NCBI GenBank assembly: GCA_017440085.1
Contig: JAFSHW010000036.1
Span: forward strand, 1 to 40,602
Direction of reading: 5' to 3'
DNA length: 40,602 nucleotides
From: Clostridia bacterium
GTDB lineage: Bacteria; Bacillota; Clostridia; Oscillospirales; UBA644
Part shown: positions 1 to 7,101 of the stretch, piece after piece
How the letters are laid out: each line of letters begins with the position of its first letter
Numbering within the stretch: the stretch's first letter is position 1
Made by a program: the position numbers and the translations under genes
Notes under the pieces: generated by a model
What the model was told of the DNA's origin: nothing
Database searches by the model: none
Seen by the model: only the letters and a program-made list of their open reading frames with translations

Positions 1-63
1 CCAGAGATGTAAGTATGGTGACATATTCAGTTGACTGGTACTAATAGGTCGAGGGCTTAACCT
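1..63 (+). rRNA. rrl: 23S rRNA, 3' end (partial)
   Basis: ...TTCAGTTGACTGGTACTAATAGGTCGAGGGCTTAACC matches the conserved 3' terminus of Firmicute 23S rRNA; followed by a spacer and 5S. Exact end approximate. Confidence 0.92.
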
Positions 64-196
64 GAGAGAGTTCAGGTTGTTTGGAAAAGATAGAAGAATT
101 TGACTTGAAGAGTTTTTTCGTGAGATTTAAAGCAGAGGAAGATTATATAAGGAAGTTATTCAGTTTTGAAGGTACAACCTTCAGAGAAAAAGGAAT

Positions 197-314
197 AGTC
201 GGTGTCTATGACGGCGAGGATCCACCCGTTCCCATTCCGAACACGGTAGTTAAGCTCGCGGGTGCTGAAAATACTTGGCTGGAGACGGCCCGGGAAAATA
301 AGACGATGCCGACT
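197..314 (+). rRNA. rrf: 5S rRNA, copy 1
   Basis: Conserved core CACCCGTTCCCATTCCGAACACGGTAGTTAAGC; terminal helix AGTCGGTG/TGCCGACT; 118 nt; directly after 23S. Confidence 0.97.
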
Positions 315-384
315 CTCCTTTTTTTTCTATATGTGAAAGAATCTGTGAGAGAGGTTCTGGGAAGCAAAAATACAGAATAAAATA

Positions 385-500
385 GTTGGTGTAGATAATG
401 TTGGGGTACCACCCGTTCCCATTCCGAACACGGTAGTTAAGCCCAAAGATGCCGAAAATACTTAGTTGGAGACGACTTGGAAAAATAGGGAAATGCCAAC
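385..500 (+). rRNA. rrf: 5S rRNA, copy 2 (divergent paralog)
   Basis: Same core as copy 1; terminal helix GTTGGTG/TGCCAAC; helices preserved by compensatory substitutions. Confidence 0.93.
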
Positions 501-511
501 AAAAAGATTAC

Positions 512-586
512 GGCCCGTTGGTCAAGCGGTCAAGACGGTGGCCTCTCACGCCGCAATCGGGAGTTCGACCCTCCCACGGGTCACCA
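512..586 (+). tRNA. tRNA-Glu (anticodon CTC)
   Basis: Acceptor GGCCCGT/ACGGGTC, anticodon stem GTGGC/GCCGC with loop CT-CTC-AC, T arm GGGAG-TTCGACC-CTCCC, encoded CCA. Confidence 0.96.
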
Positions 587-735
587 AGCAAACACACTGC
601 AAGCATAAATTAGTATGCTGCAGGTTAATATACCAGCGGAAGGGATTCCGGAAGCGAGAAAAGGTGGAAGATATACGGAAATACGTGTAATTTCATTGCG
701 CTTCACAAAAGAAATCCAATCCCCGCTCATAATTT

Positions 736-812
736 GGACCATTAGCTCAGTTGGTTAGAGCTACCGGCTCATAACCGGTTGGTCCGGGGTTCGAGTCCCT
801 GATGGTCCACCA
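736..812 (+). tRNA. tRNA with CAT anticodon, probably tRNA-Ile2 (lysidine-modified) rather than Met
   Basis: Acceptor GGACCAT/ATGGTCC, anticodon loop CT-CAT-AA, T loop TTCGAGT, encoded CCA. G1-C72 pair excludes initiator; body resembles Firmicute tRNA-Ile2 as recalled. Confidence 0.93.
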
Positions 813-1063
813 AGAATAACAGACATACCGCATGGTATGTCTGTTATTCTTTATATAGAGCCATCGGGGACGAGAAGGGTCGGAAGTGAATGACGTTCCG
901 GTGGAACGTCAGAGCCGACCCCGCTCTTTTCCGCAGAAAAGGCGAGTCCTTGATCAAGATTAGACATTCCTTATGGTATGTCTTTTATGCTTTATATTGA
1001 ACCTGCAGGGACGACAAGATCGTGCGTTTGTGAGCGCTTCCTGTGGAAGATGAAGCTCTTTTC
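792..1063 (+). repeat. tRNA-linked degenerate tandem repeat (~140-150 bp unit, about two copies) with a multi-stem palindromic element
   Basis: CGAGTCCCTGAT..CAAGA..AGACATACC..ATGGTATGTCT..TTTATAT (792-856) recurs as CGAGTCCTTGATCAAGATTAGACATTCCTTATGGTATGTCT..TTTATAT (943-997); GGGAC..TTCC(G/T)GTGGAA..CTCTTTTC recurs at 867-931 and 1008-1063. Confidence 0.7.
812..856 (+). terminator. Intrinsic terminator-like hairpin after the last tRNA
   Basis: Perfect 18-bp inverted repeat AAGAATAACAGACATACC-gcat-GGTATGTCTGTTATTCTT followed by TATAT. Confidence 0.8.
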
Positions 1064-1111
1064 TTGACATTTAAACTTTTCAAAAAAAAATAACCCTTAG
1101 CGTTTTTGTCA

Positions 1112-1140
1112 TGGACTAATTCACAAATTTATGATATAAT
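1112..1140 (+). promoter_or_regulatory. Sigma-A-type promoter for the ECF sigma gene
   Basis: TGGACT-17 bp-TATAAT with extended -10 (TGa). Confidence 0.6.
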
Positions 1141-1223
1141 TATTTAAAAATAAAAAACAATTAACCGATACACTCTTTCTGACACTATATAAGTGAAAGC
1201 TTTCAAAGTACAGGAGAACAACT

Positions 1224-2795
1224 ATGACCGACAAAAGAGCATTTGAATTGCTATCTGAAAATCTGACCGCAATCTACGGTTACGCTTTTTCTAAACTTTA
1301 TGATAAAGATAAAGTGGATGATCTTGCATCAGAAATCGTATATGAGATCATCGTTTCGGCACGAAATCTTCAAAATGAAGAAGCCTTTTGGGGTTTCGCT
1401 TGGAAAATTGCAGAAAATACGTTCAGACGCTTTATCCGTAAAAGCGGTCTTGCTGCGCAATCCGTAGAATTTACAGAAGAAAATATAGGTGTGTATGATT
1501 TATCTCCAGAGCAGGAATACATACAAAAGGAAACTGAGAGTGAGGAGATATATCTACTTCGCCGTGAACTTTCTCTTTTGAAGAAAATACATAGGGAAGT
1601 ATGTGTTGCTTATTATGTCGATAACAAATGTTGTTCTCAAATCGCAAAAGAACAAAACATAAGTGTTGAAATGGTAAAATACCATTTGTTCAAAACTCGC
1701 AAATTATTGAAAGAAGGTATCGGTATGACAAGAACACTTGGAGAGAAAAGCTACAACCCCGGAACATTCAGACTTGATTTTTGGGGTGACTGGAACAAAT
1801 ATAATGATTTATTCAAAAGAAAATTGCCCGGTTCTATTGTACTTGCCGCATATTATGAATCTATGACAGCAGAGGCACTTTCTATGGAACTTGGTGTTTC
1901 AATGCCTTATCTTGAGGAAGAAATTGAAATTTTGGAAGCTGCAGGAGTGCTGAAAAGAACAGGGAACAAGTATCAGACTAATATTGTAATCATTACGGAT
2001 GCGTATGAAAAAGAATTTGTAAAAAACACCTCTTCGATATATTCAGATATTGTGAATTCAATATTTGATAAAGTATCAAAACGTTTGCCCATAATTCGCA
2101 CACTAGATTTCAAGGGAAACGATTACGATGACAACAGACTATTATTTGGAATCTTGAACATCGCATTTGTCAGAGGATTCCTTTTGGCAAGTGAAAAATC
2201 ACCTCTTGGCACCCCAAACAAACTTGCGTTAGGTGGTAATGGTTGGATTTTCGGGTACGACAATGATTATATAAACCATCATTTTAATGGTGTTTCATTG
2301 GAAACCTGGAATGAAAGCGGTACGGTTTGGTTCTCGGCAGAAAATTATAAAGTAATAAAACAAGCGCAAATATATGATCATTACGACTTCCGTAACAAAG
2401 CAAAAGCAATATGGGATGCGGTTCTTAATAAAAATGCTGATAAAAACAATCCTGCACTCCCGTGGTTGATTGAAAACAAATTCATTCTTTGTTCAGATAA
2501 TAAACTTTCTGCCAATTTCCCTGTATTTAATAAAAAGTCATTCGATCAGATTTGTGAGATACTATCGGATATAATTGAAGAAGTGGCAAATTGTATGATT
2601 GATATTTCTGATAAAGCCGAAAAAATTCTTGCAGAACATGCACCTGAATCTGTAAAAAAACAATGCCGAGATATTGCTAAGATCCACCACAGACTTGATG
2701 TCTCAGCATTTTTGTTGGAAGAGATTGTAAAAGATGGTAAACTTACCGTTCCGAATGAAAGAATGCCGCTTTGTGTATGGGGTGTAAAAGTCTAA
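1224..2795 (+). CDS. ECF-type sigma-70 factor with long C-terminal extension including a putative winged helix
   Basis: Region 2-like (IYGYAF..DDLASEI..FWGFAWKIAENTF) and region 4-like (REVCVAYY..SQIAKEQNISVEMVKYHLFKTRKLLKE) in aa 1-165; second HTH-like segment MTAEALSMELGVSMPYLEEEIEILEAAGVL; SD AGGAG. Confidence 0.88.
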   Translation: MTDKRAFELLSENLTAIYGYAFSKLYDKDKVDDLASEIVYEIIVSARNLQNEEAFWGFAWKIAENTFRRFIRKSGLAAQSVEFTEENIGVYDLSPEQEYIQKETESEEIYLLRRELSLLKKIHREVCVAYYVDNKCCSQIAKEQNISVEMVKYHLFKTRKLLKEGIGMTRTLGEKSYNPGTFRLDFWGDWNKYNDLFKRKLPGSIVLAAYYESMTAEALSMELGVSMPYLEEEIEILEAAGVLKRTGNKYQTNIVIITDAYEKEFVKNTSSIYSDIVNSIFDKVSKRLPIIRTLDFKGNDYDDNRLLFGILNIAFVRGFLLASEKSPLGTPNKLALGGNGWIFGYDNDYINHHFNGVSLETWNESGTVWFSAENYKVIKQAQIYDHYDFRNKAKAIWDAVLNKNADKNNPALPWLIENKFILCSDNKLSANFPVFNKKSFDQICEILSDIIEEVANCMIDISDKAEKILAEHAPESVKKQCRDIAKIHHRLDVSAFLLEEIVKDGKLTVPNERMPLCVWGVKV

Positions 2796-2824
2796 ACTAA
2801 ACCTTGATTCTCATTTTTATTACT

Positions 2825-2854
2825 AAAGAAGACCTCCCGCAGGAGGTCTTTTTC
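2825..2854. terminator. Bidirectional intrinsic terminator
   Basis: AAGACCTCC-cgca-GGAGGTCTT with A/T runs, between convergent genes. Confidence 0.85.
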
Positions 2855-2863
2855 TATATTCGT

Positions 2864-3976
2864 TTACTCTTCGTATTTCGCAACGATGTGGTCAACGTTT
2901 ACGTATTCGTGGTAAATGTCATAAATTCCGTCAGAGTTTATTTTGATAACCGTGCCGCCGTTAAGGCTTTGGTGCCAATAGCTACCCATACCTAAGTGGA
3001 GTGCTTGCGCAAGGGTGATTCCTTTGTAATTGATAACGAAGTTGTTAGTATGGTCGTGGCCTGCCAAAACCAATGATGTGTGTCCGTGATTCTTTATCAG
3101 CTCAAACATTCCGTCATCAACGGGTGGAGTTCCGCTTGGTTTATAATGCACGCCGAATGAGCTTTCGTAGCCTTCATTCCAGTATTTATCGTCGCTGCTT
3201 TCTTCCCAAGTTATGAGCATAGGGTCGTATTCGCTGTTAAAGGCTTCCTCAAAAGCGGTTTTGTAGGCGAAGATTGGAATGTGCATAATAATCATTGAAT
3301 CTTTGTAGCCAAGGTCTTTCATATTTTCAACTCCGTAGCCGTACCAGCTTCTTTGGTCGTCATTAAGGGTTGAATATCCGGAGAATTTAACACCGTCAGG
3401 ACCTATATATGTGCTGGTGTTATGCGAATCTACCATAAAAATCCCAGTTATGGGAGCTCCGTTTTCTTGAATGGAAATTATGTAATTGCCGTTTCCCAAA
3501 TTAGGGTCTCCTGCTTGATAAATGCAATTTTTGTAAGCAGAATATAGCATTTCAACCCTGTCAACAGCTCCGAAATCTTTTTCGTTATCGTGGTTGCCCC
3601 AAACGGGAGCCCAGGGGATTCCGTAGCCGTCCAAAATCTCCGCAAGATTCCTGTAAGAGCCTATTTCTTCAGCCCAGGCAAGGTCTCCGCTGAGAGTGAT
3701 CATATCCGGGTCAATTCTGTTTATAAGTTCGTTTAGCGTGTAGATTATTACGTCCCTTGTAACTGTTCCTTCGTGCCATTCTGCAGAAGTTAATTGAGAG
3801 TCAGATAAGTTTAAAACGGTAAAAGCCTCGTCAGGCTTCTTTTCTACCACTATAAATTCTTTTGAAAAATCTACTTTGTATTCAAGAAAATCAGTAAGCT
3901 GTGGGGCTTCATTTGCGCAAGAAGCGGTAAATACGGTGAATAAAATTAAAAATAACGCTGTGGTAACTTTTTTCAT
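2864..3976 (-). CDS. Calcineurin-like metallophosphoesterase lipoprotein (paralog 2)
   Basis: Motifs LSDSQ, LSGDL, GNHD, MHIP, GHDH; signal peptide with lipobox-like TASC; SD AAGGAG. Confidence 0.88.
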   Translation of the reverse strand: MKKVTTALFLILFTVFTASCANEAPQLTDFLEYKVDFSKEFIVVEKKPDEAFTVLNLSDSQLTSAEWHEGTVTRDVIIYTLNELINRIDPDMITLSGDLAWAEEIGSYRNLAEILDGYGIPWAPVWGNHDNEKDFGAVDRVEMLYSAYKNCIYQAGDPNLGNGNYIISIQENGAPITGIFMVDSHNTSTYIGPDGVKFSGYSTLNDDQRSWYGYGVENMKDLGYKDSMIIMHIPIFAYKTAFEEAFNSEYDPMLITWEESSDDKYWNEGYESSFGVHYKPSGTPPVDDGMFELIKNHGHTSLVLAGHDHTNNFVINYKGITLAQALHLGMGSYWHQSLNGGTVIKINSDGIYDIYHEYVNVDHIVAKYEE

Positions 3977-3991
3977 AAGCTCTCCTTAAAT

Positions 3992-4032
3992 AAAAAACGG
4001 TATTATTACTTACCATAATAATACCATTTTTT
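3992..4032 (-). terminator. Terminator of paralog 1, overlapping the promoter of paralog 2
   Basis: GGTATTATTA-7 nt-TAATAATACC flanked by A6/T7 runs. Confidence 0.65.
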
Positions 4033-4046
4033 TGTTAATTTGTCAA
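4018..4046 (-). promoter_or_regulatory. Sigma-A promoter for metallophosphoesterase paralog 2
   Basis: Minus strand TTGACA-17 bp-TATTAT with TGg extended -10. Confidence 0.7.
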
Positions 4047-4051
4047 TAGGA

Positions 4052-5188
4052 TTATTCTTCGTTGCTTGAATGAGCTTCTACGATGTGGTCAACATTTACG
4101 TATTCGTGGTGGAGGTCGTAAATACCTTCAGAGTTAATTTTTATAACAGTGCCACCGTTAAGAGATTGTTCCCAATAGCACCCCATACCGGTTTTGAGGG
4201 CATAAACGAGTTTTATGCCTTTGTAATTGATAACGAAGTTGTTTACGTGGTCGTGACCTGAAATCATATATTTTGTGTGGTTTTGTTTTATAAGAAGGTC
4301 CAAAACACCGTCTTCTACGGGAGGGAAGCCTCCAGATTCATAGCGAACACCGTATGAATCTTTATATCCTTCATTCCAATATTCGTCTTCATAGCTTTGT
4401 TCCCAAGTTATTGAACTAGGGTCAATATCTGCTTTGAAGGCTTCGTTAAAAGCATATTTGTATGCGTAAATGGGAATATGCTGAATAATCATTGAGTCTT
4501 TATAACCACAAGATTCCATATACTTCACAGTGTCTATGTACCAAAGTTTTTGTTCGTCATACCATTTTGAATAGCCTGAAACTCTTTCTCCTTCTCCGAG
4601 AATATACCAATCGTGGTCGTGAGTATCCATCATTATTACACCAGTTACAGGCTTTCCTTTTTCTTCTATTTGAATAACGAAATTTCCGCTTCCAAGTTCA
4701 GGTGCTCCTTCAAAATAAATGCAATTTTCGTAGCCTAAATAAAGTTCTTCAATTTCATCGACTCTATCAAGTCCGCTTTCATTATCGTGGTTTCCCCAAA
4801 CCACAGACCAAGGGATTCCGTAACTTTCAAGCAAATCTGCAAGCTTTTCGTAAGAAAGCATTTCTGTGGACCAAGCAACGTCGCCGCTTATAGTGATAAG
4901 GTCAGGCTGAGTTTTTTTAATAAGCTCATCTATGGTATATTCAAGAATTTCTCTTGACATTTCACCATCATTCCATTCCGCATCTGTCATTTGAGTGTCG
5001 GAAAGATTAAGTATTACAAAATCTTTGCCCTCTTCCTTTTTTAAAGTTACAAATTCATACGGAGCAGTTTCAGTGTCGCTTAAAAAATCCATAATTTCAA
5101 AACCGTTTCCTGCGCAAGATGTTATGGTTGATAATGCCAATATGCAGGAAAGAATCATAAAATAAGTTTTAATTAATAATTTTTTCAT
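4052..5188 (-). CDS. Calcineurin-like metallophosphoesterase lipoprotein (paralog 1)
   Basis: Motifs LSDTQ, ISGDV, GNHD, QHIP, GHDH; lipobox-like ITSC; collinear with the downstream paralog. Confidence 0.88.
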   Translation of the reverse strand: MKKLLIKTYFMILSCILALSTITSCAGNGFEIMDFLSDTETAPYEFVTLKKEEGKDFVILNLSDTQMTDAEWNDGEMSREILEYTIDELIKKTQPDLITISGDVAWSTEMLSYEKLADLLESYGIPWSVVWGNHDNESGLDRVDEIEELYLGYENCIYFEGAPELGSGNFVIQIEEKGKPVTGVIMMDTHDHDWYILGEGERVSGYSKWYDEQKLWYIDTVKYMESCGYKDSMIIQHIPIYAYKYAFNEAFKADIDPSSITWEQSYEDEYWNEGYKDSYGVRYESGGFPPVEDGVLDLLIKQNHTKYMISGHDHVNNFVINYKGIKLVYALKTGMGCYWEQSLNGGTVIKINSEGIYDLHHEYVNVDHIVEAHSSNEE

Positions 5189-5222
5189 AGAAATCCCTCT
5201 TGTGAAAATGATTTATAGTTTA

Positions 5223-5251
5223 ATTATATCAGAGGCTATATTTTTTGTCAA
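5223..5251 (-). promoter_or_regulatory. Sigma-A promoter for metallophosphoesterase paralog 1
   Basis: Minus strand TTGACA-17 bp-TATAAT, perfect consensus, with TGa extension. Confidence 0.82.
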
Positions 5252-5272
5252 GTGATTATTTATAAAAACATT

Positions 5273-5306
5273 AAAACTTCCCTAAATTATTCGTTTAGGG
5301 AAGTTT
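5273..5306 (-). terminator. Intrinsic terminator after the ABC exporter pair
   Basis: AAACTTCCCTAAA-7 nt-TTTAGGGAAGTTT, 13-bp perfect stem just after the stop. Confidence 0.75.
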
Positions 5307-5312
5307 CGGTTT

Positions 5313-7088
5313 TTATGCGTTATGTTTTAAGAGGGATGCGTATTCTCCGCCCAGGGCTACAAGCTCTTCGTGGTTTCCTCTTTCAGCAATTTGACCGTCT
5401 TTGATAACGAAAATCACGTTGCTTTCTCTGATTGTGGAAAGTCTGTGGGCAATGTAGATCATAGTTCTTCCCTTAGCCATTTCGTTAATTGCCTTTTGAA
5501 CTTTGACTTCGGTCCCTGTGTCAATGTGGGCGGTAGCCTCATCCAGAATAAGTACCGATGGCTCTGAGGCAATAGCTCTTGCAAAGGAAAGAAGCTGACG
5601 TTCACCTGTGGAGAAATTCAAGCCTTGCTCCGTAACTGCAGTTTCAAGTCCGTTTGCTTCGGAAAGAAAGTCTTTTGTCTGAGCTGCAAGCATAGCTTTT
5701 TCTAACTGCTCGTCGCTTTTTTCAGTTCCCATTTCAAGGTTCTCGCGAACGTTACCTGTAAATAGGAAAACGTCCTGAAGAACTGCTGAAACCTTTGACC
5801 TGAGCGTATGCAAGCTGATTTCTTTTACGTTTATGCCGTCAATGAGTATCTCACCTTTTTGAGGCGTGTAGTTCCTTGTTATGAGGTTTATTATAGTAGT
5901 TTTTCCTGCGCCTGTAGTCCCAACAAAAGCTGCTCTTGCGCCTTTGGGAATCACGAATGAAACGCCTTTAAGTACCCAGTTTTCATCGTCATAAGAAAAC
6001 CAAACGTCTTTAAATTCAATTTCGCCTTGAATATCAACGTCATTTCTGCCTTCGTAAGTGTCCTCAGTTTCGTTATCGTCCAAAAGCTCGTAAATTCTAT
6101 CGGTGGAAACGAATGCCGATTGAACTGTGGAATATTTTTCTGCCAAATCGTTTATGGGCGCGAAAAATTGCTTGGTGTAGTTCGTGAATGCGTAAAGCAC
6201 ACCAACCTGTAAAGCTCCACCGCTGATACCGTTATAAGCGTAGGCAACAAGCAGGGCGATTACCATTTCGTTTATCATTTCCATTGTGGGTCGGAGGAAA
6301 CTGTGGAGCATTACTTGGGTCATAGTTCCCTTGAAGTATTCGTCATTTAACTGTCTGAATTCTTTTAGCTTGGATTTCAAACCGTTAAAAACTTGAACGA
6401 TTCTCATACCCAAAATATTTTCTGAGAAGAATCCGTTTATTTTGCCCGTGGTTATTTTAACTTTTTTAAAGTTTTCCTTTATTCGCTTTTTTATTGAAAA
6501 CGTCAGCGCTACTATAAAAGGAATTCCCGTAAATGCTACCAATGCCAATTTCCAGTCAATAATAAGCATCATAACTAGGATACCTATGAGAAGAAAAACG
6601 TCTCTGAAAAGACTGAGGAAAACGTCGCTGTAAAATTCGTTGACTGTTTCAACGTCGTTTGTGGCTCTTGTTATAAGTCTTCCTGTGCCGAATTTATCCA
6701 ATTTACTTGTGGATAAATGAAGGATTTTATCAAAAACCTTATTTCTCATACTGTCAAGAATTTTCTGAGAGATTCTTGTTATAAGTCTTGCTTGAGCAAT
6801 GCCAAATGCTGAACCGACGGCAATTACGGCAAAATATATCATACCTAAAATGGCTACGGACATATTTTCTTTTTCAACGATTCCCAATGCTAAGAAATCG
6901 TCAATAACGATTTCTGCAATCATTGGTTTTAAAAGCTCTGCTGCATTTACTATGAGTACGAAAAGCGCGCAAAGCAAAAGTTTTCCCAAATAAGGGCGCA
7001 TCATAGAAGCCAGGCGAATAATATTTGATTTTTTGTTTACCGCTTTGAATTCTTCTTTCAAAGTGGGTTTTTTCTGCTCATTACTCAA
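5313..7088 (-). CDS. ABC exporter TMD+NBD subunit (YheH/MdlB-like)
   Basis: N-terminal TM domain; Walker A GTTGAGKTT; degenerate signature FSTGERQ; Walker B LILDE; IAHR; TTG start. Confidence 0.93.
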   Translation of the reverse strand: MSNEQKKPTLKEEFKAVNKKSNIIRLASMMRPYLGKLLLCALFVLIVNAAELLKPMIAEIVIDDFLALGIVEKENMSVAILGMIYFAVIAVGSAFGIAQARLITRISQKILDSMRNKVFDKILHLSTSKLDKFGTGRLITRATNDVETVNEFYSDVFLSLFRDVFLLIGILVMMLIIDWKLALVAFTGIPFIVALTFSIKKRIKENFKKVKITTGKINGFFSENILGMRIVQVFNGLKSKLKEFRQLNDEYFKGTMTQVMLHSFLRPTMEMINEMVIALLVAYAYNGISGGALQVGVLYAFTNYTKQFFAPINDLAEKYSTVQSAFVSTDRIYELLDDNETEDTYEGRNDVDIQGEIEFKDVWFSYDDENWVLKGVSFVIPKGARAAFVGTTGAGKTTIINLITRNYTPQKGEILIDGINVKEISLHTLRSKVSAVLQDVFLFTGNVRENLEMGTEKSDEQLEKAMLAAQTKDFLSEANGLETAVTEQGLNFSTGERQLLSFARAIASEPSVLILDEATAHIDTGTEVKVQKAINEMAKGRTMIYIAHRLSTIRESNVIFVIKDGQIAERGNHEELVALGGEYASLLKHNA

Positions 7089-7101
7089 TTATTATGCCCC
7101 C

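Noticed and set aside
385-500. 5S copy 2 as a decayed pseudogene
   Set aside because: Substitutions are paired and preserve the helices, and there are no indels; this does not fit neutral decay, though expression is unproven.
81-690. ORFs 81..380, 206..412 and 466..690
   Set aside because: They overlap the 5S rRNA and tRNA-Glu genes; chance frames.
635-727. SRP RNA or T-box leader
   Set aside because: No SRP domain-IV motif and no T-box GGTGGNACC sequence; no downstream amino-acid gene.
792-1063. CRISPR array or prophage attL/attR
   Set aside because: Only about two degenerate long units, no unique constant-length spacers, no cas or integrase genes in the window.
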